DNA of 45,103 nucleotides from a virus (Duplodnaviria; Heunggongvirae; Uroviricota; Caudoviricetes): IMG/VR virus record IMGVR_UViG_2734482790_000002; one strand, 5' to 3'. Shown piece by piece: positions 36,001 to 45,103 of this stretch (position 1 is its first letter; each line of letters starts with the position of its first letter). The notes under the pieces were generated by a model. It saw only the letters and a program-made list of their open reading frames with translations, ran no database searches and was not told where the DNA came from. The position numbers and the translations under genes were made by a program.

Positions 36001-36699
36001 ATGCAGGATATCCGGCAGGAAACACTGAATGAATGTACCCGTACGGAGCAGTCTGCCAGCCTGGTACTCTGGGAAATTGATCTGACAGAGATTGGCGGGG
36101 AGCGTTATTTTTTCAGTAATGAGCCTAACGAGAAGGGGGAGGCCGTCACCTGGCAGGGCCGGAAATATGAGGTGTATCCTGTTCAGGGAGCAGGGTTTGA
36201 AATGAAAGGCAAGGGAAGCAGCGCCCGCCCCACCCTGACGGTGTCCAACCTGTACGGGATGGTTACCGGGATGGTGGAGGATTTACAGAGTCTGGCTGGC
36301 GGAACGGTGATCCGGCGTAAGGTTTACGCCCGTTTTCTGGATGCGGTGAATTTTACTAACGGAAACAGTGAAGCCGATCCGGAACAGGAGGTGATCAGTT
36401 ACTGGCGTATTGAACAGTGCAGCGATCTGACGGCGGTGACGGCAACGTTTGTTCTGGCCTCGCCAGCGGAGACAGACGGTGCGGTTTTCCCGGGACGTAC
36501 CATGCTGGCCAACACCTGTACCTGGACCTATCGCGGTGATGAGTGCGGTTATCACGGTCCGGCTGTCGCGGATGAATATGACCAGCCGACGTCTGATATC
36601 ACGAAGGATAAATGCAGTAAATGCCTGAGTGGCTGTAAGTCACGTCATAACGTCGGTAACTTTGGCGGTTTCCTTTCCATCAATAAACTTTCGCAGTAA
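36001..36699 (+). CDS. minor tail protein L
   Basis: 232 aa; lambda gpL-like with C-terminal Cys cluster (CSKCLSGCKSRHN). Confidence 0.8.
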   Translation: MQDIRQETLNECTRTEQSASLVLWEIDLTEIGGERYFFSNEPNEKGEAVTWQGRKYEVYPVQGAGFEMKGKGSSARPTLTVSNLYGMVTGMVEDLQSLAGGTVIRRKVYARFLDAVNFTNGNSEADPEQEVISYWRIEQCSDLTAVTATFVLASPAETDGAVFPGRTMLANTCTWTYRGDECGYHGPAVADEYDQPTSDITKDKCSKCLSGCKSRHNVGNFGGFLSINKLSQ

Positions 36700-36703
36700 A
36701 TCC

Positions 36704-37447
36704 ATGACAGAGACTGAATCAGTGATTCTGGCGCACGCCCGGCGATGTGCGCCAGCGGAGTCGTGCGGCTTCGTGGTGAGAACGCCGGAGGGGGAAAGGT
36801 ATCTTCCCTGCGTGAATATCTCCGGTACTCCGGAGGCGTGTTTCCGGATGGTACCGGAAGACTGGCTGCGGGCACAAATACAGGGCGAGGTGGTGGCGCT
36901 GGTCCACAGCCATCCCGGTGGTCTGCCCTGGCTGAGTGAAGCCGACCGTCAGCTGCAGGTACAGAGTGATTTGCCGTGGTGGCTGGTCTGTCGGGGGGCT
37001 CTCCATAAATTCCGCTGCGTGCCACATCTGACCGGAAGGCGCTTTGATCACGGGGTGACGGACTGTTACACGCTGTTCCGGGACGCTTATCATCTGGCAG
37101 GAATTGAGATACCGGATTTTCATCGTGAGGATGACTGGTGGCGTAACGGTCAGAATCTTTACCTGGACAACATGGCAGATACAGGCTTTTACCCGGTCAC
37201 CCTGTCAGCGGCGCAGCCGGGCGATGTGTTGCTGTGCTGCTTTGGTTCATCGGTGCCGAATCATGCCGCCATTTACTGTGGTGACGGCGAGCTGCTGCAC
37301 CATATTCCTGAACAACTGAGTAAACGAGAGAGGTATACAGAAAAATGGCAGCGACGCACACACTCCCTCTGGCGGCACCGGGCATGGCACGCCTCTGCCT
37401 TTACGGGGATTTGCAACGATTTGGCCGCCGCATCGACCTTCGTGTGA
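36704..37447 (+). CDS. tail assembly protein K (JAB/MPN and NlpC/P60-like domains)
   Basis: 247 aa from the internal Met; HSHPGG (JAMM-like) and DCYTLFRDAYHLAG (NlpC/P60 Cys) motifs. Confidence 0.75.
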   Translation: MTETESVILAHARRCAPAESCGFVVRTPEGERYLPCVNISGTPEACFRMVPEDWLRAQIQGEVVALVHSHPGGLPWLSEADRQLQVQSDLPWWLVCRGALHKFRCVPHLTGRRFDHGVTDCYTLFRDAYHLAGIEIPDFHREDDWWRNGQNLYLDNMADTGFYPVTLSAAQPGDVLLCCFGSSVPNHAAIYCGDGELLHHIPEQLSKRERYTEKWQRRTHSLWRHRAWHASAFTGICNDLAAASTFV

Positions 37448-37992
37448 AAACGGGGGCTGAAGCCATCCGGGCGCTGGCCACACAACTTCCGTCGTTTCGT
37501 CAGAAACTGAGTGACGGCTGGTATCAGGTACGTATCGCCGGGCGGGATGTCAGCGAGTCCGGGGTAACGGCACAGCTCCATGAGCCGTTACCGGACGGTG
37601 CGGTGATCCACATTGTTCCCCGGCTTGCCGGTGCAAAGCATGGCGGAATTTTTCAGACCATCCTGGGTGCTGTGGTTGTTGCGGTAGCCTGGTGGAACCC
37701 CGCGGGCTGGCTGGGTGCGGCAGCACTTACGGGGATGTATGCCGCCGGGGCCAGTATGATCCTCGGCGGGATAGCGCAGATGCTGACACCGGCCATCAAA
37801 ACGCCGTCCATGGAGTCCGCGGATAACGGCAAACAGAACACCTTTTTTTCCTCGCTGGATAATATGATCGCCCAGGGGAATCCGTTACCGGTACTGTATG
37901 GTGAGATGCGTGTGGGGTCGCGTGTGATTTCACAGAGTATCAGTACTGCTGATGAGGGTGATGGTGGTCAGGTTGTGGTGATTGGTCGCTGA
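37345..37992 (+). CDS. tail assembly protein I
   Basis: 215 aa; lambda gpI-like; overlaps the 3' end of K as in lambda. Confidence 0.75.
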   Translation: MAATHTLPLAAPGMARLCLYGDLQRFGRRIDLRVKTGAEAIRALATQLPSFRQKLSDGWYQVRIAGRDVSESGVTAQLHEPLPDGAVIHIVPRLAGAKHGGIFQTILGAVVVAVAWWNPAGWLGAAALTGMYAAGASMILGGIAQMLTPAIKTPSMESADNGKQNTFFSSLDNMIAQGNPLPVLYGEMRVGSRVISQSISTADEGDGGQVVVIGR

Positions 37993-38010
37993 TGTAAAAC
38001 GTTTTATGTG

Positions 38011-38036
38011 AAACCGCCTGCGGGCGGTTTTGTTGT
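38011..38036 (+). terminator. intrinsic terminator-like hairpin between I and J
   Basis: aaaccgcc-tgcg-ggcggttt hairpin followed by ttttgttgtt. Confidence 0.55.
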
Positions 38037-38052
38037 TAATGGAGCCAGATAA

Positions 38053-41000
38053 ATGGGTAAAGGTGGCAGCAAGGGGCACACTCCTCGCGAAGCGAAAGAT
38101 AACCTGAAATCCACGCAGTTACTGAGCGTGATTGATGCGATCAGTGAAGGGCCGATTGAAGGTCCGGTGGATGGATTAAAAAGCGTGCTGCTGAACAGTA
38201 CGCCGGTGCTGGACAGTGAGGGGAATACCAATATATCCGGCGTCACGGTGGTGTTCCGGGCAGGTGAGCAGGAGCAGACACCGCCGGAGGGATTTGAATC
38301 CTCCGGCTCCGAGACGGTGCTGGGTACGGAAGTGAAGTACGACACGCCGATCACCCGGACCATCACGTCGGCAAACATTGACCGTCTGCGCTTTACCTTC
38401 GGTGTGCAGGCACTGGTGGAAACCACCTCAAAGGGTGACAGGAATCCGTCGGAAGTCCGTCTGCTGGTTCAGATACAGCGTAATGGTGGCTGGGTGACGG
38501 AAAAAGACATCACCATTAAGGGCAAAACCACCTCGCAGTATCTGGCCTCGGTGGTGGTGGGTAACCTGCCGCCGCGCCCGTTTAATATCCGGATGCGCAG
38601 AATGACGCCGGACAGCACTACAGACCAGCTGCAGAACAAAACGCTCTGGTCGTCATACACCGAAATCATCGATGTGAAACAGGGCTACCCGAACACGGCA
38701 CTGGTCGGTGTACAGGTGGACTCGGAGCAGTTCGGCAGCCAGCAGGTGAGTCGTAATTATCATCTTCGCGGGCGCATTCTGCAGGTGCCGTCGAACTATA
38801 ACCCGCAGACGCGGCAATACAGCGGTATCTGGGACGGAACGTTTAAACCGGCATACAGCAACAACATGGCCTGGTGTCTGTGGGATATGCTGACCCATCC
38901 GCGCTACGGCATGGGGAAACGTCTTGGTGCGGCGGATGTGGATAAATGGGCGCTGTATGTCATCGGCCAGTACTGCGACCAGTCAGTGCCGGACGGCTTT
39001 GGCGGCACGGAGCCGCGCATCACCTGTAATGCGTACCTGACCACACAGCGTAAGGCGTGGGATGTGCTCAGCGATTTCTGCTCGGCGATGCGCTGTATGC
39101 CGGTATGGAACGGGCAGACGCTGACGTTCGTGCAGGACCGACCGTCGGATAAGGCGTGGACCTATAACCGCAGTAATGTGGTGATGCCGGATGATGGCGC
39201 GCCGTTCCGCTACAGCTTCAGCGCCCTGAAGGACCGCCATAATGCCGTTGAGGTGAACTGGATTGACCCGAACAACGGCTGGGAGACGGCGACAGAGCTT
39301 GTTGAAGATACGCAGGCCATTGCCCGTTACGGTCGTAATGTTACGAAGATGGATGCCTTTGGCTGTACCAGCCGGGGGCAGGCACACCGCGCCGGGCTGT
39401 GGCTGATTAAAACAGAACTGCTGGAAACGCAGACCGTGGATTTCAGCGTCGGCGCAGAAGGGCTTCGCCATGTACCGGGCGATGTTATTGAAATCTGCGA
39501 TGATGACTATGCCGGTATCAGCACCGGTGGTCGTGTGCTGGCGGTGAACAGCCAGACCCGGACGCTGACGCTCGACCGTGAAATCACGCTGCCATCCTCC
39601 GGTACCGCGCTGATAAGCCTGGTTGACGGAAGTGGCAATCCGGTCAGCGTGGAGGTTCAGTCCGTCACCGACGGCGTGAAGGTAAAAGTGAGCCGTGTTC
39701 CTGACGGTGTTGCTGAATACAGCGTATGGGGGCTGAAGCTGCCGACGCTGCGCCAGCGACTGTTCCGCTGCGTGAGTATCCGTGAGAACGACGACGGCAC
39801 GTATGCCATCACCGCCGTGCAGCATGTGCCGGAAAAAGAGGCCATCGTGGATAACGGGGCGCACTTTGACGGCGAACAGAGTGGCACGGTGAATAGTGTC
39901 ACGCCGCCAGCGGTGCAGCACCTGACCGCAGAAGTCACTGCAGACAGCGGGGAATATCAGGTGCTGGCGCGATGGGACACACCGAAGGTGGTGAAGGGCG
40001 TGAGCTTCCTGCTCCGTCTGACCGTAACAGCGGACGACGGCAGTGAGCGGCTGGTCAGCACGGCCCGGACGACGGAAACCACATACCGCTTCACGCAACT
40101 GGCGCTGGGGAACTACAGGCTGACAGTCCGGGCGGTAAATGCGTGGGGGCAGCAGGGCGATCCGGCGTCGGTATCGTTCCGGATTGCCGCACCGGCAGCA
40201 CCGTCGAGGATTGAGCTGACGCCGGGCTATTTTCAGATAACCGCCACGCCGCATCTTGCCGTTTATGACCCGACGGTACAGTTTGAGTTCTGGTTCTCGG
40301 AAAAGCAGATTGCGGATATCAGACAGGTTGAAACCAGCGCGCGTTATCTTGGTACGGCGCTGTACTGGATAGCCGCCAGTATCAATATCAAACCGGGCCA
40401 TGATTATTACTTTTATATCCGCAGTGTGAACACCGTTGGCAAATCGGCATTCGTGGAGGCCGTCGGTCGGGCGAGCGATGATGCGGAAGGTTACCTGGAT
40501 TTTTTCAAAGGCAAGATAACCGAATCCCATCTCGGCAAGGAGCTGCTGGAAAAAGTCGAGCTGACGGAGGATAACGCCAGCAGACTGGAGGAGTTTTCGA
40601 AAGAGTGGAAGGACGCCAACGATAAGTGGAATGCCATGTGGGCTGTCAAAATTGAGCAGACCAAAGACGGCAAACATTATGTCGCGGGTATTGGCCTCAG
40701 CATGGAGGACACGGAGGAAGGCAAACTGAGCCAGTTTCTGGTTGCCGCCAATCGTATCGCGTTTATTGACCCGGCAAACGGGAATGAAACGCCGATGTTT
40801 GTGGCGCAGGGCAACCAGATATTCATGAACGACGTGTTCCTGAAGCGCCTGACGGCCCCCACCATTACCAGCGGCGGCAATCCTCCGGCCTTTTCCCTGA
40901 CACCGGACGGAAAGCTGACCGCTAAAAATGCGGATATCAGTGGCAGTGTGAATGCGAACTCCGGGACGCTCAGTAATGTGACGATAGCTGAAAACTGTAC

Positions 41001-41451
41001 GATAAACGGTACGCTGAGGGCGGAAAAAATCGTCGGGGACATTGTAAAGGCGGCGAGCGCGGCTTTTCCGCGCCAGCGTGAAAGCAGTGTGGACTGGCCG
41101 TCAGGTACCCGTACTGTCACCGTGACCGATGACCATCCTTTTGATCGCCAGATAGTGGTGCTTCCGCTGACGTTTCGCGGAAGTAAGCGTACTGTCAGCG
41201 GCAGGACAACGTATTCGATGTGTTATCTGAAAGTACTGATGAACGGTGCGGTGATTTATGATGGCGCGGCGAACGAGGCGGTACAGGTGTTCTCCCGTAT
41301 TGTTGACATGCCAGCGGGTCGGGGAAACGTGATCCTGACGTTCACGCTTACGTCCACACGGCATTCGGCAGATATTCCGCCGGATACGTTTGCCAGCGAT
41401 GTGCAGGTTATGGTGATTAAGAAACAGGCGCTGGGCATCAGCGTGGTCTGA
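38053..41451 (+). CDS. host specificity protein J (central tail fibre / tip attachment protein)
   Basis: 1132 aa; lambda gpJ size and position. Confidence 0.9.
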   Translation: MGKGGSKGHTPREAKDNLKSTQLLSVIDAISEGPIEGPVDGLKSVLLNSTPVLDSEGNTNISGVTVVFRAGEQEQTPPEGFESSGSETVLGTEVKYDTPITRTITSANIDRLRFTFGVQALVETTSKGDRNPSEVRLLVQIQRNGGWVTEKDITIKGKTTSQYLASVVVGNLPPRPFNIRMRRMTPDSTTDQLQNKTLWSSYTEIIDVKQGYPNTALVGVQVDSEQFGSQQVSRNYHLRGRILQVPSNYNPQTRQYSGIWDGTFKPAYSNNMAWCLWDMLTHPRYGMGKRLGAADVDKWALYVIGQYCDQSVPDGFGGTEPRITCNAYLTTQRKAWDVLSDFCSAMRCMPVWNGQTLTFVQDRPSDKAWTYNRSNVVMPDDGAPFRYSFSALKDRHNAVEVNWIDPNNGWETATELVEDTQAIARYGRNVTKMDAFGCTSRGQAHRAGLWLIKTELLETQTVDFSVGAEGLRHVPGDVIEICDDDYAGISTGGRVLAVNSQTRTLTLDREITLPSSGTALISLVDGSGNPVSVEVQSVTDGVKVKVSRVPDGVAEYSVWGLKLPTLRQRLFRCVSIRENDDGTYAITAVQHVPEKEAIVDNGAHFDGEQSGTVNSVTPPAVQHLTAEVTADSGEYQVLARWDTPKVVKGVSFLLRLTVTADDGSERLVSTARTTETTYRFTQLALGNYRLTVRAVNAWGQQGDPASVSFRIAAPAAPSRIELTPGYFQITATPHLAVYDPTVQFEFWFSEKQIADIRQVETSARYLGTALYWIAASINIKPGHDYYFYIRSVNTVGKSAFVEAVGRASDDAEGYLDFFKGKITESHLGKELLEKVELTEDNASRLEEFSKEWKDANDKWNAMWAVKIEQTKDGKHYVAGIGLSMEDTEEGKLSQFLVAANRIAFIDPANGNETPMFVAQGNQIFMNDVFLKRLTAPTITSGGNPPAFSLTPDGKLTAKNADISGSVNANSGTLSNVTIAENCTINGTLRAEKIVGDIVKAASAAFPRQRESSVDWPSGTRTVTVTDDHPFDRQIVVLPLTFRGSKRTVSGRTTYSMCYLKVLMNGAVIYDGAANEAVQVFSRIVDMPAGRGNVILTFTLTSTRHSADIPPDTFASDVQVMVIKKQALGISVV

Positions 41452-41512
41452 GTGTGTTACAGAGGTTCGTCCGGGAACGGGCGTTTTATTATAAAACAGT
41501 GAGAGGTGAACG

Positions 41513-42133
41513 ATGCGTAATGTGTGTATTGCCGTTGCTGTCTTTGCCGCACTTGCGGTGACAGTCACTCCGGCCCGTGCGGAAGGTGGACATGGTACGT
41601 TTACGGTGGGCTATTTTCAGGTGAAACCGGGTACATTGCCGTCGTTGTCGGGCGGGGATACCGGTGTGAGTCATCTGAAAGGGATTAACGTGAAGTACCG
41701 TTATGAGCTGACGGACAGTGTGGGGGTGATGGCTTCCCTGGGGTTCGCCGCGTCGAAAAAGAGCAGCACAGTGATGACCGGGGAGGATACGTTTCACTAT
41801 GAGAGCCTGCGTGGACGTTATGTGAGCGTGATGGCCGGACCGGTTTTACAAATCAGTAAGCAGGTCAGTGCGTACGCCATGGCCGGAGTGGCTCACAGTC
41901 GGTGGTCCGGCAGTACAAGGGATTACCGTAAGACGGAAATCACTCCCGGGTATATGAAAGAGACGACCACCGCCAGGGACGAAAGTGCAATGCGGCATAC
42001 CTCAGTGGCGTGGAGTGCAGGTATACAGATTAATCCGGCAGCGTCCGTCGTTGTTGATATTGCTTATGAAGGCTCCGGCAGTGGCGACTGGCGTACTGAC
42101 GGATTCATCGTTGGGGTCGGTTATAAATTCTGA
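41513..42133 (+). CDS. lom: Lom-like outer membrane protein (Ail/Lom family), lysogenic-conversion candidate
   Basis: 206 aa; signal peptide; beta-barrel-like pattern ending GFIVGVGYKF; same position as lambda lom; followed by a terminator. Confidence 0.8.
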   Translation: MRNVCIAVAVFAALAVTVTPARAEGGHGTFTVGYFQVKPGTLPSLSGGDTGVSHLKGINVKYRYELTDSVGVMASLGFAASKKSSTVMTGEDTFHYESLRGRYVSVMAGPVLQISKQVSAYAMAGVAHSRWSGSTRDYRKTEITPGYMKETTTARDESAMRHTSVAWSAGIQINPAASVVVDIAYEGSGSGDWRTDGFIVGVGYKF

Positions 42134-42160
42134 TTAGCCAGGTAACACAGTGTTATGACA

Positions 42161-42186
42161 GCCCGCCGGAACCGGTGGGCTTTTTT
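42161..42186 (+). terminator. Rho-independent terminator after lom
   Basis: gcccgccgg-aa-ccggtgggc hairpin followed by T6. Confidence 0.7.
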
Positions 42187-42197
42187 GTGGGGTGAAT

Positions 42198-44522
42198 ATG
42201 GCAGTAAAGATTTCAGGAGTCCTGAAAGACGGCACAGGAAAACCGGTACAGAACTGCACCATTCAGCTGAAAGCCAGACGTAACAGCACCACGGTGGTGG
42301 TGAACACGGTGGGCTCAGAGAATCCGGATGAAGCCGGGCGTTACAGCATGGATGTGGAGTACGGTCAGTACAGTGTCATCCTGCAGGTTGACGGTTTTCC
42401 ACCATCGCACGCCGGGACCATCACCGTGTATGAAGATTCACAACCGGGGACGCTGAATGATTTTCTCTGTGCCATGACGGAGGATGATGCCCGGCCGGAG
42501 GTGCTGCGTCGTCTTGAACTGATGGTGGAAGAGGTGGCGCGTAACGCGTCCGTGGTGGCACAGAGTACGGCAGACGCGAAGAAATCAGCCGGCGATGCCA
42601 GTGCATCAGCTGCTCAGGTCGCGGCCCTTGTGACTGATGCAACTGACTCAGCACGCGCCGCCAGCACGTCCGCCGGACAGGCTGCATCGTCAGCTCAGGA
42701 AGCGTCCTCCGGCGCAGAAGCGGCATCAGCAAAGGCCACTGAAGCGGAAAAAAGTGCCGCAGCCGCAGAGTCCTCAAAAAACGCGGCGGCCACCAGTGCC
42801 GGTGCGGCGAAAACGTCAGAAACGAATGCTGCAGCGTCACAACAATCAGCCGCCACGTCTGCCTCCACCGCGGCCACGAAAGCGTCAGAGGCCGCCACTT
42901 CAGCACGAGATGCGGTGGCCTCAAAAGAGGCAGCAAAATCATCAGAAACGAACGCATCATCAAGTGCCGGTCGTGCAGCTTCCTCGGCAACGGCGGCAGA
43001 AAATTCTGCCAGGGCGGCAAAAACGTCCGAGACGAATGCCAGGTCATCTGAAACAGCAGCGGAACGGAGCGCCTCTGCCGCGGCAGACGCAAAAACAGCG
43101 GCGGCGGGGAGTGCGTCAACGGCATCCACGAAGGCGACAGAGGCTGCGGGAAGTGCGGTATCAGCATCGCAGAGCAAAAGTGCGGCAGAAGCGGCGGCAA
43201 TACGTGCAGAAAATTCGGCAAAACGTGCAGAAGATATAGCTTCAGCTGTCGCGCTTGAGGATGCGGACACAACGAGAAAGGGGATAGTGCAGCTCAGCAG
43301 TGCAACCAACAGCACGTCTGAAACGCTTGCTGCAACGCCAAAGGCGGTTAAGGTGGTAATGGATGAAACGAACAGAAAAGCCCCACTGGACAGTCCGGCA
43401 CTGACCGGAACGCCAACAGCACCAACCGCGCTCAGGGGAACAAACAATACCCAGATTGCGAACACCGCTTTTGTACTGGCCGCGATTGCAGATGTTATCG
43501 ACGCGTCACCTGACGCACTGAATACGCTGAATGAACTGGCCGCAGCGCTCGGGAATGATCCAGATTTTGCTACCACCATGACTAACGCGCTTGCGGGTAA
43601 ACAACCGAAGAATGCGACACTGACGGCGCTGGCAGGGCTTTCCACGGCGAAAAATAAATTACCGTATTTTGCGGAAAATGATGCCGCCAGCCTGACTGAA
43701 CTGACTCAGGTTGGCAGGGATATTCTGGCAAAAAATTCCGTTGCAGATGTTCTTGAATACCTTGGGGCCGGAGAGAATTCGGCCTTTCCGGCAGGTGCGC
43801 CGATCCCGTGGCCATCAGATATCGTTCCGTCTGGCTACGTCCTGATGCAGGGGCAGGCGTTTGACAAATCAGCCTACCCAAAACTTGCTGTCGCGTATCC
43901 ATCGGGTGTGCTTCCTGATATGCGAGGCTGGACAATCAAGGGGAAACCCGCCAGCGGTCGTGCTGTATTGTCTCAGGAACAGGATGGAATTAAGTCGCAC
44001 ACCCACAGTGCCAGTGCATCCGGTACGGATTTGGGGACGAAAACCACATCGTCGTTTGATTACGGGACGAAAACAACAGGCAGTTTCGATTACGGCACCA
44101 AATCGACGAATAACACGGGGGCTCATGCTCACAGTCTGAGCGGTTCAACAGGGGCCGCGGGTGCTCATGCCCACACAAGTGGTTTAAGGATGAACAGTTC
44201 TGGCTGGAGTCAGTATGGAACAGCAACCATTACAGGAAGTTTATCCACAGTTAAAGGAACCAACACACAGGGTATTGCTTATTTATCGAAAACGGACAGT
44301 CAGGGCAGCCACAGTCACTCATTGTCCGGTACAGCCGTGAGTGCCGGTGCACATGCGCATACAGTTGGTATTGGTGCGCACCAGCATCCGGTTGTTATCG
44401 GTGCTCATGCCCATTCTTTCAGTATTGGTTCACACGGACACACCATCACCGTTAACGCTGCGGGTAACGCGGAAAACACCGTCAAAAACATTGCATTTAA
44501 CTATATTGTGAGGCTTGCATAA
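42198..44522 (+). CDS. stf: side tail fibre protein (lambda Stf family)
   Basis: about 774 aa from the ATG (track ORF begins at GTG 42192); N-terminus [26 protein letters not shown] nearly matches lambda Stf as I recall it; long Ala/Ser-rich repeats (TSETNA...) and His-rich C-terminal repeats (GAHAHS). Confidence 0.85.
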   Translation: MAVKISGVLKDGTGKPVQNCTIQLKARRNSTTVVVNTVGSENPDEAGRYSMDVEYGQYSVILQVDGFPPSHAGTITVYEDSQPGTLNDFLCAMTEDDARPEVLRRLELMVEEVARNASVVAQSTADAKKSAGDASASAAQVAALVTDATDSARAASTSAGQAASSAQEASSGAEAASAKATEAEKSAAAAESSKNAAATSAGAAKTSETNAAASQQSAATSASTAATKASEAATSARDAVASKEAAKSSETNASSSAGRAASSATAAENSARAAKTSETNARSSETAAERSASAAADAKTAAAGSASTASTKATEAAGSAVSASQSKSAAEAAAIRAENSAKRAEDIASAVALEDADTTRKGIVQLSSATNSTSETLAATPKAVKVVMDETNRKAPLDSPALTGTPTAPTALRGTNNTQIANTAFVLAAIADVIDASPDALNTLNELAAALGNDPDFATTMTNALAGKQPKNATLTALAGLSTAKNKLPYFAENDAASLTELTQVGRDILAKNSVADVLEYLGAGENSAFPAGAPIPWPSDIVPSGYVLMQGQAFDKSAYPKLAVAYPSGVLPDMRGWTIKGKPASGRAVLSQEQDGIKSHTHSASASGTDLGTKTTSSFDYGTKTTGSFDYGTKSTNNTGAHAHSLSGSTGAAGAHAHTSGLRMNSSGWSQYGTATITGSLSTVKGTNTQGIAYLSKTDSQGSHSHSLSGTAVSAGAHAHTVGIGAHQHPVVIGAHAHSFSIGSHGHTITVNAAGNAENTVKNIAFNYIVRLA

Positions 44523-45103
44523 TGGCATTCAGAATGAGTGAACAACCACGGACCATAAAAATTTATAATCTGCTGGCCGGAACTAATGAATTTATTGGTG
44601 AAGGTGACGCATATATTCCGCCTCATACCGGTCTGCCTGCAAACAGTACCGATATTGCACCGCCAGATATTCCGGCTGGCTTTGTGGCTGTTTTCAACAG
44701 TGATGAGGCATCGTGGCATCTCGTTGAAGACCATCGGGGTAAAACCGTCTATGACGTGGCTTCCGGCGACGCGTTATTTATTTCTGAACTCGGTCCGTTA
44801 CCGGAAAATTTTACCTGGTTATCGCCGGGAGGGGAATATCAGAAGTGGAACGGCACAGCCTGGGTGAAGGATACGGAAGCAGAAAAACTGTTCCGGATCC
44901 GGGAGGCGGAAGAAACAAAAAAAAGCCTGATGCAGGTAGCCAGTGAGCATATTGCGCCGCTTCAGGATGCTGCAGATCTGGAAATTGCAACGGAGGAAGA
45001 AACCTCGTTGCTGGAAGCCTGGAAGAAGTATCGGGTATTGCTGAACCGTGTTGATACATCAACTGCACCTGATATTGAGTGGCCGACTTCACCTGCAGAG
45101 TAA
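44522..45103 (+). CDS. tfa: tail fibre assembly protein (Tfa)
   Basis: 193 aa; directly downstream of and overlapping stf; complete with stop at the window end. Confidence 0.8.
   Translation: MAFRMSEQPRTIKIYNLLAGTNEFIGEGDAYIPPHTGLPANSTDIAPPDIPAGFVAVFNSDEASWHLVEDHRGKTVYDVASGDALFISELGPLPENFTWLSPGGEYQKWNGTAWVKDTEAEKLFRIREAEETKKSLMQVASEHIAPLQDAADLEIATEEETSLLEAWKKYRVLLNRVDTSTAPDIEWPTSPAE

Noticed and set aside
38983-40677. 564-aa reverse-strand ORF inside the J gene
   Set aside because: Antisense to a well-supported tail gene, Arg/Pro-rich low-complexity translation and no SD; typical spurious ORF in GC-rich coding DNA.
42421-43645. Long reverse-strand and alternate-frame ORFs (283, 316 and 200 aa) inside the stf repeat region
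   Set aside because: They arise from the Ala/Ser-rich repetitive coding sequence of stf and have low-complexity translations.
1-45103. CRISPR arrays, IS elements or transposases, rRNA genes
   Set aside because: No regularly spaced direct repeats with unique spacers, no transposase-like ORFs or terminal inverted repeats flanking one, and no rRNA-like sequence seen.

Overview
The window is a nearly complete lambda-like (cos-packaging, siphovirus-type) prophage of an enterobacterial host, laid out in the lambda prophage order. Leftward early arm: integrase, excisionase, a large DnaQ-type exonuclease and two small coupled genes. Immunity region: an S24-type CI repressor and Cro, with a two-gene cargo cassette downstream of cI (the position rexAB occupies in lambda) and a second, convergent cassette encoding a 2-TM membrane protein. 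Rightward early arm: an O-like replication initiator with in-gene iterons, then a nin-like region with an HNH endonuclease, a reverse-strand ParDE-type toxin-antitoxin pair, a DUF968-like protein, RusA and a putative Q antiterminator followed by a pR'/tR'-like promoter-terminator unit. Between Q and lysis (where Stx phages carry stx) sit a visibly AT-rich polytopic membrane-protein moron, a small HTH protein, an orphan DNA methyltransferase and a tRNA-Gly(UCC)-like gene. Late arm: two holin-like proteins and a GH108-type endolysin, a run of small terminator-delimited genes, a lambda-like cos site, terminase Nu1/A, gpW, portal, a protease-capsid fusion, tail genes Z-U-V-G/T-H-M-L-K-I-J, lom, stf and tfa. 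I saw no CRISPR array, IS element, rRNA or stx. The best candidates for an undescribed system are the two immunity-region cassettes and the AT-rich moron. All calls are from reading the sequence and ORF track; no searches were run, and motif coordinates are approximate to a few bases.
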